A stretch of 32,000 nucleotides of DNA from Rhizobium sp. (GCA_019459285.1 JAIBEL010000045.1:26149-58148); one strand, 5' to 3'; positions 16,999-25,141 are shown, counted from the first letter of the stretch. The notes: generated by a model not told the origin, from the sequence alone. Numbers and translations are program-made.

Positions 16999-17622
16999 GT
17001 GAGCAACATAATTATTGCAACGCTGGTTGGCTTTCTTGTTACACACCAAGCTTTCGCCGACACCGCGTTAAAGGGCATCCTTACTGCGCAGCCTCAAATA
17101 ATGATGAAGGACGGCAAAGTTGACGGTTGCGGCGTCCGCATCATAGGCATGGAAGAAACAACTTCTATGGATGCGCGCGTATCAAACTTTGATGTGTCAT
17201 TCGCTCTCTACGCTAGTGGCATCGCAGGTCTAAAAGGCTTGGCTTTAGATGACGTTTCTATGCGTGATGTTGCGAAAGCTAAAGCAGCGGGAAAGCCGCT
17301 CAGCCTAAAGTATGTTCCGCTGGAATCATTCTGGATTAAGTCGCCCGGGAATAGCGCCACCACCCCTATAAATGGCAAAGTGGTTTCGGGCGAAAACGGA
17401 CCGTCGTTACTTTACGTCGCATCCTTCCCCCTAGTTGCCGAGTTGTTTCAACCGGTGTTTGACCAGACAACAATCCAAGTAGGCATAAAACGCAAAAGTG
17501 ATAGGGTTGGATATATCTATTTTGGGGTGCCAATGATGTCAAAAGAGGAACTCAAGCAACTGTCTATGTGCATTGACGAATTCAAATCGAACTTGGCGAG
17601 TGAAGAGCCACTACGCAAGTAG
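16999..17622 (+). CDS. Hypothetical secreted protein
   Basis: GTG at 16999 follows GAGGGAGGA. The signal peptide is SNIIIATLVGFLVTHQAFA/DT. No recognisable domain. AT-rich. Confidence 0.55.
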   Translation: MSNIIIATLVGFLVTHQAFADTALKGILTAQPQIMMKDGKVDGCGVRIIGMEETTSMDARVSNFDVSFALYASGIAGLKGLALDDVSMRDVAKAKAAGKPLSLKYVPLESFWIKSPGNSATTPINGKVVSGENGPSLLYVASFPLVAELFQPVFDQTTIQVGIKRKSDRVGYIYFGVPMMSKEELKQLSMCIDEFKSNLASEEPLRK

Positions 17623-17647
17623 CATCTCTAGGACGTTGTCCCCCTAC

Positions 17648-17857
17648 TTACCGGATTTGCTTCAATGCCTCGGCTTGCTCCCGCAGCAGCCGCGCCAGCT
17701 CGCGCAACAGTTCGCGGGTTGCCCCCTTATACCCGCGCATGGCGGATCGCCGCTTACCCTCTTCGGACTTCGGCCCGGTCGCCTTCTCCCAAGGCTTCCA
17801 GCGTCGGATTCGTTCGGCCTGTTTCGCCCGATGCTCGGGTGTCCGGTAGTAGCTCAT
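17648..17857 (-). CDS. Hypothetical small basic protein (69 aa), last gene of the primase operon
   Basis: ATG at 17857 follows AGGAGG. The sequence is MSYYRTPEHRAKQAERIRRWKPWEKATGPKSEEGKRR... It overlaps the 3' end of the upstream ORF by 104 nt in another frame. Confidence 0.55.
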   Translation of the reverse strand: MSYYRTPEHRAKQAERIRRWKPWEKATGPKSEEGKRRSAMRGYKGATRELLRELARLLREQAEALKQIR

Positions 17858-18416
17858 GGCTTCCTCCTGATAGTTGGGTTTGCTCGGTTTCAATTTCTCG
17901 CGCCTGCGTAGGGGCAGGAATGCCGTTGTTAACTTGCTGGTGTCCCGCCGCAAAGTTCGCCTGCTTCGCATAAACAATCGGTGGATTCTTGATCGTCGCC
18001 AGCGTTTCCAGTGTTGCCCGGCATTGCGATTGCGACCGTAGTGCCAGCCGCATGAATCCCTCAATGTTTGGCATATGGGTTTGCTCCATCGCCCGCTCTG
18101 AAAGCCGCACAAACAAGGCTTGTAACGATGATGCCTGATTGATAAGCATCGCCTCGGCATGGGCCATATCGCCACGCCGTACCGCCGCCGCTTGATCGCG
18201 CAAGGTCGCCAGCATTGTTGGCGTGTCTATTTCATCCGCAATATTCTTCGGTTGCATCATCGCTATGACGCGATGCGCGGCAAGCTCGGGGGATGTTATG
18301 ACGTTCGCAAAGCTTCGCCCTTTCTCGTCGTTGCTTGGGCCTGATACGCAGGGGATCGCTTTTCGCGGGTATGTCTCGGCTTTCGGTGCCGCCGGTTTCT
18401 TAGGTTTGCTTGCCAT
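17754..18416 (-). CDS. Hypothetical island protein (220 aa)
   Basis: The ORF sits in the primase operon 11 nt after the upstream stop. It has a helical middle part (MLINQASSLQALFVRLSERAM...CRATLETLATIKNPP) and a disordered tail. Confidence 0.6.
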   Translation of the reverse strand: MASKPKKPAAPKAETYPRKAIPCVSGPSNDEKGRSFANVITSPELAAHRVIAMMQPKNIADEIDTPTMLATLRDQAAAVRRGDMAHAEAMLINQASSLQALFVRLSERAMEQTHMPNIEGFMRLALRSQSQCRATLETLATIKNPPIVYAKQANFAAGHQQVNNGIPAPTQAREIETEQTQLSGGSHELLPDTRASGETGRTNPTLEALGEGDRAEVRRG

Positions 18417-18427
18417 TGGTCAGCCTT

Positions 18428-18775
18428 TCAAAACTCGCACATTTCGATGCATTCGGAATCCGGCTCCGCACTTGCCTTCGGCGGGTCATACGGTTCAGCC
18501 ACCAGCACGCCGGGATAGCGTTCCAGTACTTCGCCCCTTGATGCATCGGGATGGAAATAAACGATCAGGTGTTCGGTTTCGGAGAAGGCGAGCCACCAGC
18601 ACCACGAAGCCGCATCATTTTCGGTTTTCGCTTCCGTGGGGTTTGCTACTGCTACTGTTGCTATTCTTGCTACTGTTGCCGCCCCCTCATTGGGTTGAGT
18701 AGCAGGAATAGCAGGAATAGCAGTAGCAGCCTTCCGGGTTTCACGTTTTTGGATCAGCGCCGATAACAGGCTCAC
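18428..18775 (-). CDS. Hypothetical protein with an Ala/Thr/Ile-rich low-complexity N-terminal half
   Basis: The GTG start overlaps the primase stop (GTGA). It contains in-frame 9- and 18-nt DNA repeats (18645-18730). Confidence 0.55.
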   Translation of the reverse strand: MSLLSALIQKRETRKAATAIPAIPATQPNEGAATVARIATVAVANPTEAKTENDAASWCWWLAFSETEHLIVYFHPDASRGEVLERYPGVLVAEPYDPPKASAEPDSECIEMCEF

Positions 18776-21318
18776 GGTGCCACCCCCACTAACGCCGGAT
18801 TGAGTTGGATGGTCAGCCGCTTTCCTTCCTTCAGCAGCCGCAGCCGTTCAAGCTCGGCAAGCTCGCGGATCGCCGCATCAAGTCGCGCCCCGTCCCGCAA
18901 TGGCCCATGCTGGCGGACGTGATTCTTGCTAATGGAATGCCTCTGCTCTCGCTGCCCGTAATCGACCAGCCAGGTATCCAGACGCGCCGCGTCTGCCAGT
19001 TCCGCAGGTAGGGCAAGCTCGCCAAAGAATCGCCGTGATTCGTTCAGGTGCCATGCTGCAATCCGGCTTGCCGACTCGAAGCATTCCAGCCCGACAGCGC
19101 CGCCCATTCCCTGCTCGAATATCTGGAACAGCGCCGCCAGCCGTGCCGCGTTGTCGGCGGACTTGCTCGCCACGTCTCGCACGTCGTAAAGCTCGCCACC
19201 GCTGGCTAGTTCGCTCTCGATTGCATCGTGGAAGGCTACCCATGCCGCCTTTGCTTCAGGTGCCAGCATCATCAATGCGGGGGATAGCGCCCCATCCTCA
19301 TCAATCGGAACGGGGTTCGCCAGGATCGCCGCAATGCGTTTATGGAATGTGGCCAGGTGCGGCCAGTTCTCCGGGGCTTCGGTGAAGGGTCGAAAGCCTT
19401 GCGTCGATTCAGGCCACGCCACCAGAAACCGGGCTAGGAATCCAGTTCCACGCGCCAGCCCGCCGGATTTGTCGAAGAAACTCCGCAGGGTCATTTCCTG
19501 AATCTGCAAAGCCACGGTCAGCCGCGCCCCTTTGACGGTGAAGGATTCCGAAGTCCGCCGCCCGACTGAATGCGAACCGCCATCCCATAGCACGTTCAAC
19601 AGCCCAAGATTTCGCATCACTGAATCGCCGCTCATGCCGTGCGCCCCGAAAACAATCCCGGCCTCGGCAGAAACCACGCCCGCCGACGGCCAATGCTTCG
19701 CCAACCCCCAAGCCAGGTTTTCCGGGGTTTCGTCGCCAAGCAACAGCCTCGGCACTCTCGGCGCTTCCGGCTTGTCGCGTTGAAGGTCGGCAAGATCGGC
19801 CCGCAGGTTTTCGGTTGATTTTCCTAATTTGGCCGCGCCCTTGATCGCCGACAGAATCCCGTCGCGTTCGGCTTCCCATGCGGCAATCGCGGCCCGATAT
19901 TCCTTGATCGCCGGTTTCATCGCCTCGGCTTGCTCTTCCTGATACTGGCGGATTGCCGACGTAAAGAATCCGTCGCAGGTTGATTTGCGTTCGCCACTGT
20001 CGGCGATGGTCAGCAGGAATAATCCGACTGGACCTTGCAGCCGTTCCGCCCGCTTCGCGTCGATATGCGCTTGCGTTGCCAGTGAAAGCGCGGCCAGTGC
20101 CGACGATGCCACCATCGGCAACGGCGCTTTGACGAAACCCGCCACCTCTTCCACCGCCGCCCGGATGGTTTTGGGTAGGGCGTCGATTGGGTAAGGCTCT
20201 GGTGCCGCCTTCGCGGTCAACGGTTGCGGCTCCGGCCAAACTTGCCCCGCCAGGATTGGCACTGTTGCGTTTTCTTGTACTAGTTGATGCGATGTCCCAT
20301 CCGGCTCGCTTGCGTTCGCTATGGCGCGTTTTACGGCGTCCGCGCCGAGTAGCGCCGCCATGTCGTTGAAGTCCGTCGCTCTGTCCGGTCGGTCGGTACC
20401 GAAGTCTGGAATTGCCAGCTTGCCGCCGACTGATTGCGCTGCCTCGACTGCATGGGGATCAGGTGCGCCTGTCGCCTTCACCAGATCGGCCAGAATCACC
20501 AGCGCCGCCGACGGGTAGCGTTCGCGCATCGCCTTCGCCACCGCCGACAGGTTGCCCGCCGACAGCGCCGCGATTGCTAGGTGTCCGCTGGCTTCCTTCG
20601 CCGTTAGCATGGTCGCCACCCCTTCGCCGATTAGCAGGGTCAGGCCGTCGCCTTCGGTTAGCTGTTGCGCTGCCCAATATCCGCCAGCCTTCGCGCCGCC
20701 ATAGACGGCGGATTTGCGTCCCGCTTCATCGATCAGTTCCAGCGTTGAAAGCCCGTCACCGACTTTGACGGGTGCCACCAGCAAGCGCCCGGCCAGGGAT
20801 TCGCCGCTCGACTTCGGCGCATAGCCCAGGATCGCAACCGCCGCGCCCGCGTCAATCTCGCGCAGGGTTGCTACCGGCGAAACCTGTTTGCGGACAAGGT
20901 AGGGATGATCGGGCTTCGCTTCGGTCGCCGCCTTCCAAACTGCCGCCGATTTCTTCGCGGCTTCGGCACGTTCCAGCGCAGTCCGGGCCTCTTCGCGCGC
21001 GTGCGCGTATTGCTCAATTCGCTTACGCTCCGCAATCTCTTCGGGTGTCGGCTTCTGGTGCGTTCCATCATCGCGCCAGCCGTTCGCCTTGGCCTCATGG
21101 AACAGCGTTCCCGCCGTCACCTTGCCATTGATGCGGATACTCTTCCACACGTCCCGCGCATCTTTGGCGTTGAAGGTGTCGGCTTGCTGGCTCCAACCTT
21201 CCCACAGGTCAAAGCCCGCGTCCCCGACTTCGGACTTGATCGCCATGCCCATCTTCACCCAGGTACCGCGGTCACTGGCAGGGATGAATTGCAGCGCTTC
21301 CCGGATGCGGGCGCTCAT
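18772..21318 (-). CDS. Island replication protein: PriCT-like N-terminus, Toprim domain and DUF3987 (YfjI-like) C-terminal domain
   Basis: ATG at 21318 follows GGGAGG; the upstream 13 codons in the ORF track are not needed. IPASDRGTWVKMGMAIKSE..FDLWEGWS fits PriCT-2. LLIGEGVATMLT fits the Toprim glutamate motif. The large C-terminal domain resembles CP4-57 YfjI. Confidence 0.8.
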   Translation of the reverse strand: MSARIREALQFIPASDRGTWVKMGMAIKSEVGDAGFDLWEGWSQQADTFNAKDARDVWKSIRINGKVTAGTLFHEAKANGWRDDGTHQKPTPEEIAERKRIEQYAHAREEARTALERAEAAKKSAAVWKAATEAKPDHPYLVRKQVSPVATLREIDAGAAVAILGYAPKSSGESLAGRLLVAPVKVGDGLSTLELIDEAGRKSAVYGGAKAGGYWAAQQLTEGDGLTLLIGEGVATMLTAKEASGHLAIAALSAGNLSAVAKAMRERYPSAALVILADLVKATGAPDPHAVEAAQSVGGKLAIPDFGTDRPDRATDFNDMAALLGADAVKRAIANASEPDGTSHQLVQENATVPILAGQVWPEPQPLTAKAAPEPYPIDALPKTIRAAVEEVAGFVKAPLPMVASSALAALSLATQAHIDAKRAERLQGPVGLFLLTIADSGERKSTCDGFFTSAIRQYQEEQAEAMKPAIKEYRAAIAAWEAERDGILSAIKGAAKLGKSTENLRADLADLQRDKPEAPRVPRLLLGDETPENLAWGLAKHWPSAGVVSAEAGIVFGAHGMSGDSVMRNLGLLNVLWDGGSHSVGRRTSESFTVKGARLTVALQIQEMTLRSFFDKSGGLARGTGFLARFLVAWPESTQGFRPFTEAPENWPHLATFHKRIAAILANPVPIDEDGALSPALMMLAPEAKAAWVAFHDAIESELASGGELYDVRDVASKSADNAARLAALFQIFEQGMGGAVGLECFESASRIAAWHLNESRRFFGELALPAELADAARLDTWLVDYGQREQRHSISKNHVRQHGPLRDGARLDAAIRELAELERLRLLKEGKRLTIQLNPALVGVAP

Positions 21319-21557
21319 ACCAGCCTCCCAAACCGCAGCAAGGCCAAAGCGATGCACGCCCCGGCCTCTTTCCAGAAATTCCCACTGGCCGCATGAAGCT
21401 GGCGGGACTCTTCAAACTCATAGCCCATTAACCAAATGCGCCGCTTGATCGCTGACAGCATGGAAATCAGGTGCGCCGGTGCGGTAATATCTTGCTTGTG
21501 TGTAGTTTCTTGGGTCGCCTGGTGCCAGCCAGCGCGGCCCGTTGTTTTTGTGGTCAT
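21315..21557 (-). CDS. Hypothetical protein (80 aa), translationally coupled to the primase gene
   Basis: Its stop overlaps the primase start (ATGA). It starts 10 nt after the alpA stop. Confidence 0.5.
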   Translation of the reverse strand: MTTKTTGRAGWHQATQETTHKQDITAPAHLISMLSAIKRRIWLMGYEFEESRQLHAASGNFWKEAGACIALALLRFGRLV

Positions 21558-21567
21558 GTCGCGCCCC

Positions 21568-21783
21568 TTATTTCAAAGACTCGACCAGGGCACGGATAGA
21601 TTCAACAGGCCACGCCGTCACACGCGGCCCAAGTTTTACCGGCTTGGGGAAGCGCCCGGATTTGACGCCGCCCCACCAGCAGGATTTTTTGACAGGGATG
21701 ATTGGGGGGATCGGCGGTTCCGCTTTTGGGTCGCCGATAATTTGCGGCAGACGAAGGAAGCCGGTTTCGGGAAGTTTGTTCAT
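21568..21783 (-). CDS. alpA: AlpA-family phage regulatory protein / excisionase-like HTH
   Basis: 71 aa. FLRLPQII....PIPPIIPVKKSCWWGGVKSGRFPKPVKLGPRVTAW..ESI fits the AlpA/Phage_AlpA signature. Confidence 0.85.
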   Translation of the reverse strand: MNKLPETGFLRLPQIIGDPKAEPPIPPIIPVKKSCWWGGVKSGRFPKPVKLGPRVTAWPVESIRALVESLK

Positions 21784-21869
21784 TGCAGATTGCTCCTATC
21801 CAGTGGTGGCCATCGCGGGCCGATAGGTGCAATCGTCGTTCCGGTGTCGCCCCGGATATGAGCAAAAAA

Positions 21870-22784
21870 TCAGCCGAATTTGGATGAATTATTTCCTTGG
21901 GTTAATAAGGCTTTCGCCAAGGCTTGACTATGTTCTTGCCGCGAGCCTTTTAGTTGTTCGGTGATCGTTCTATTTGAATATGGGCACCCCACCATCCCCG
22001 CTAACGACATCACGATTTCGGGAGAGACTTCGCCGAAATGGCGTCGTAGCGCCTTAGCAAGAAGTCCGATGTAGACTCGATAGCGGCGATTCTTGCCGCC
22101 GGGTTCTGCGCGATCGTTTACCTGAACATCGAGTTGATCGGATAGTTCGGTAAGCAGGGCATGCAGCCGGGATTGCTTCCCATAATCGCGCAACTTGACT
22201 CCACCCTTGTCGAAAGCATCCAGCACTTCCCATATGTGCCCTTGGGCCTTGACTACGTCCTTCTTGTTCGGCGTGGGCCAGTCGAAGGCCTTGCCGTCGG
22301 TCAAAAGAAAAATACAGGCGTTCGAAGCAACTGCTTCAAGGAATCGGAATTCAGCATAGGCATGTGCGTATAGAGCGCTATCCTTAGCGGTGGCTCTCTT
22401 TTGTTCGAAAACAGCCTTGGCCTTTTTGAAGTTGGCATCCGCGCTCAGCCATTTGAAAAGCATGTTCGATTTGATCGCCTGCCAATGCTCGGCGACACGT
22501 CCCGCTTGTTTAACTCGTTCGCCCTCATAGTCAATGAACTGCGGCTCAAATCTGAGCGGCCCACCTTCTAGAAGCCCGCCCCCTGCTTGTTGCATAGGTG
22601 GGTTGAAATTTGGGTGTAGTGGGTGGGAACTATGCCCCAATAGATTGCCCATTAGGCCCATATCGGGGTTTTCCTCGGACACCGGATAAAAGACTTTGTC
22701 CAAAGTCATGTCCGACACTAGAGCGATAAACTGGGTGAAATCTTGTATGGGTAAATCACCCCATTTATTCGTTTTCGTCGCCAT
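21870..22784 (-). CDS. Hypothetical protein (304 aa), island cargo gene E
   Basis: Clean ORF with ATG at 22784. No motif recognised. GC content is visibly lower than the backbone. Confidence 0.6.
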   Translation of the reverse strand: MATKTNKWGDLPIQDFTQFIALVSDMTLDKVFYPVSEENPDMGLMGNLLGHSSHPLHPNFNPPMQQAGGGLLEGGPLRFEPQFIDYEGERVKQAGRVAEHWQAIKSNMLFKWLSADANFKKAKAVFEQKRATAKDSALYAHAYAEFRFLEAVASNACIFLLTDGKAFDWPTPNKKDVVKAQGHIWEVLDAFDKGGVKLRDYGKQSRLHALLTELSDQLDVQVNDRAEPGGKNRRYRVYIGLLAKALRRHFGEVSPEIVMSLAGMVGCPYSNRTITEQLKGSRQEHSQALAKALLTQGNNSSKFG

Positions 22785-22881
22785 TGCCGCGCCCTTTCGC
22801 GCCGCCCTTGATTGGGTGCCACGCCAGCCGGGTAAGGGTGTCCCGGTTTTCGCCCCGTCGGGCTAGGCGTGGCGTAACTGT

Positions 22882-23880
22882 TTACGCGGTCTGCGCTGGT
22901 CGGAATGGAACTACGTTTCCGCCGTAGGAGGATCTAGCCGCGAGCAGTTCGTCCGCGATGCAAGCCGGGGTGTGCTTTTCTTTGAGCGCAATATCTTCCA
23001 CGATGGCACCGGCCTTGATCAGTCCGATGATTTGATCAACCAAGCGCTCTATCTTGTGCGTCGTGGCGTCGTTGTACCGCCATCCGCCGCTCTCGCCATC
23101 GAATAGTTTGGCTTCCAGCATGCCGAAACAAAGATCGGCTGTAGTAGTGGCCGACTCACGGAATGCCGTGGATGACTTGTACCAGGAGGCCACTAGTTTT
23201 TTTGCGGCCTCAATTTCCTTACGTTCCTGGTTGGTGCGGCACAGTGGTGCCGGCCGTGGCAAAGACATCATCCGGTTTTCCCACTCTCTTTCGGCACGAG
23301 AATGCTCATCACAGCGGCGCTGCTCCTCTTCATCCGATACCCGAACACATACTTCGTACAGCGCCTTTGATTTTCTGGAAACTCTTATTGTTCCTGGTTC
23401 TCGATACTCGCGATGGTTAGCGGTTGGTGCTCCCTTAGGTAACGAGCCATCCGGCAATATCGTAACGGTCACCTTGCGCATCCCCGGCTGGCCTGGTAAT
23501 TGGTTGCGTCGCACAAGTCCGGCAGAACTAAGTGATTCAGCGGAGCCAGTAAAGATGTCACCCCATGGGGTTTCACGCTTGCTGACTCCAGGAGCAAAAT
23601 CAGTAACAGGCCCGTACTCAGGGCAATCGCGCCCCGGGAATGAAATACTCGCACTGAAGATTCCCTCTCCCTTGTAGCTAGAGTCCTCTACCTTTGTGAT
23701 GAAGCCGCGCGGGTCTGTAACTCGAAGGCTGCGCTTCGGCCCGTCTGGCTCGCCAGGAAACGCCATTCCGGCAGCGATTCCGATACTCTGTAACTGCTCC
23801 TTCGTGCCATAGATGAGGTCACCCCATGGGCGCTGATCGTATTCAAGCACGCTGGGTGGTTTAAGATTCGTTACAGTCAT
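22882..23880 (-). CDS. Hypothetical protein (332 aa) with a duplicated N-terminal PWGD module, island cargo gene D
   Basis: ATG at 23880 follows AGGAGATTGCAC. The internal repeat is PWGDLIYGTKEQLQSIG...PGEP versus PWGDIFTGSAESLSSAG...PGQP. A charged coiled-coil-like middle is followed by a helical C-terminal domain. Confidence 0.6.
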   Translation of the reverse strand: MTVTNLKPPSVLEYDQRPWGDLIYGTKEQLQSIGIAAGMAFPGEPDGPKRSLRVTDPRGFITKVEDSSYKGEGIFSASISFPGRDCPEYGPVTDFAPGVSKRETPWGDIFTGSAESLSSAGLVRRNQLPGQPGMRKVTVTILPDGSLPKGAPTANHREYREPGTIRVSRKSKALYEVCVRVSDEEEQRRCDEHSRAEREWENRMMSLPRPAPLCRTNQERKEIEAAKKLVASWYKSSTAFRESATTTADLCFGMLEAKLFDGESGGWRYNDATTHKIERLVDQIIGLIKAGAIVEDIALKEKHTPACIADELLAARSSYGGNVVPFRPAQTA

Positions 23881-23897
23881 GGTGCAATCTCCTTTCG

Positions 23898-24365
23898 CTA
23901 ATATGTTGCATCGTTCGCCGCTTCCACATCCAGCCGCCTTGCCGACCATGCCCTAATCTTGATCAAAGCGTCAGCCCACTCCTGGGGCGTCAGCACTCGC
24001 CAAGACCTTTCCGGGCTAGGCCACATCCTACGGACTCTGAACTGCCGAATATCCCGCCATCGAGCGTCAGCCGGATTCGCATCGTTGGTCAGCGCATACA
24101 GCAGGCAGTAACAAGGCACGCCAGCACGCTTGGCCAGTCTCTTCGTCACAGTAGCCGACTTGTACCCCTGCCCCACGTCCAACGCAGTTTCGATGAGTGC
24201 CAATGGCTCTTTACTGCCGTTGTCGTACTCAACATACAGCGCCGCATCCAGATCAATCATGGCGAGCAACTGAGCTCGATCGATACCAATGAAACGGCGG
24301 GTAGACATCCGCCTATGCCAAGCTGAATAAGCGCGATCCCGAGTGCCGTAGGTTTCTTCTTGCAT
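23898..24365 (-). CDS. Hypothetical protein (about 155 aa), island cargo gene C
   Basis: The ORF is open to 24461. The start was chosen at ATG 24365 (GGGGAA upstream), with an alternative at 24386. The strand pattern AMIDLD...LALIETA...K is weakly reminiscent of a restriction-endonuclease-like fold. No confident call. Confidence 0.5.
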   Translation of the reverse strand: MQEETYGTRDRAYSAWHRRMSTRRFIGIDRAQLLAMIDLDAALYVEYDNGSKEPLALIETALDVGQGYKSATVTKRLAKRAGVPCYCLLYALTNDANPADARWRDIRQFRVRRMWPSPERSWRVLTPQEWADALIKIRAWSARRLDVEAANDATY

Positions 24366-24412
24366 GATTTTCCCCAGCCGCCCCATTTGCCTGTCAGGCG
24401 GGGCGGGATCGT

Positions 24413-24694
24413 TCAAATGTGCAGAGCTAGTTCGTTGCACTCTTTGGCCAGCATCGAGCACGCCCAGAGATAGTTCCCTTTGATTTCGTCAGACCAGTTA
24501 TCAAAAGACTCGAAACCATCACCGGTTGTTGTCACCAACATAGCGTACAACTGCGAAAGCCTGGTGCTCAATTGAGTTTTGATGTCAACGGGCGTTGCAT
24601 CAGGATGAAGCTGATAGAGCGGGGTCGAAATCGAAAACGCGAAATCGATTGTGCGATCGCTGGGTTGGGTTTGCGTAGAATTGCTGCCAGCCAT
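24413..24694 (-). CDS. Hypothetical small protein (93 aa), possibly DUF3077-like, island cargo gene B
   Basis: ATG at 24694 follows AGGAG. The protein begins MAGSNST. The DUF3077 resemblance is from memory of the family pattern and is low-confidence. Confidence 0.5.
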   Translation of the reverse strand: MAGSNSTQTQPSDRTIDFAFSISTPLYQLHPDATPVDIKTQLSTRLSQLYAMLVTTTGDGFESFDNWSDEIKGNYLWACSMLAKECNELALHI

Positions 24695-24722
24695 GATGTG
24701 ACTCCTGTTCACGTTGTGGTCA

Positions 24723-24756
24723 GGGCCGGTCAGGTGCTGTAACACCCCACTGGCCC
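24723..24756 (-). promoter_or_regulatory. Leader hairpin 2 (13-position stem with 2 mismatches and 1 G-U wobble) between cargo genes A and B
   Basis: The minus strand reads GGCCAGTGGGGTG-ttacag-CACCTGACCGGCC, flanked by CAGGCAAAGCG on the 5' side and CTGACCACAA on the 3' side. Confidence 0.4.
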
Positions 24757-24785
24757 GCTTTGCCTGTTGCTAAGGTATCGCTTCA

Positions 24786-25106
24786 TCAATCATGCGATTC
24801 GTCATTTCTGGCACGCGTAGCAATAACATCTGTCAGCAAATTCGCCACCCCCAGAGCGAACAGCGGATCACGATACCCAGCCCCAACGGCGTCAACGATG
24901 CAGGAATGGTGTTTATGCATCCCGCCGTACACGAGTCCGATGAGTTCGCCTTTTCGCGCCTCGTACAACAGGTACTCGAGTGCATCTATCGTGTCTTGGC
25001 AAATGTAATTTTTAACCAATTTCAGGCTATGAACGTTAGTCCGTTCTATTGGCGCGTTTCTAATCCGGCGTTTAACGCCCACAGTGCTACTCTTGATTCC
25101 AGCCAT
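24786..25106 (-). CDS. Hypothetical small protein (106 aa), island cargo gene A
   Basis: ATG at 25106 follows AGGAGATTGCAT. The protein begins MAGIKSS. No motif recognised. Confidence 0.5.
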   Translation of the reverse strand: MAGIKSSTVGVKRRIRNAPIERTNVHSLKLVKNYICQDTIDALEYLLYEARKGELIGLVYGGMHKHHSCIVDAVGAGYRDPLFALGVANLLTDVIATRARNDESHD

Positions 25107-25141
25107 GATGCAATCTCCTAGACGGGTTGCTTTGTGGTTAG

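Noticed and set aside
22811-22830. Sigma54-type promoter (TGGCAC on the minus strand) upstream of cargo gene E
   Set aside because: The -12 element is missing: CAAG appears where TTGC is expected, at N5 spacing. Only the -24 half matches.
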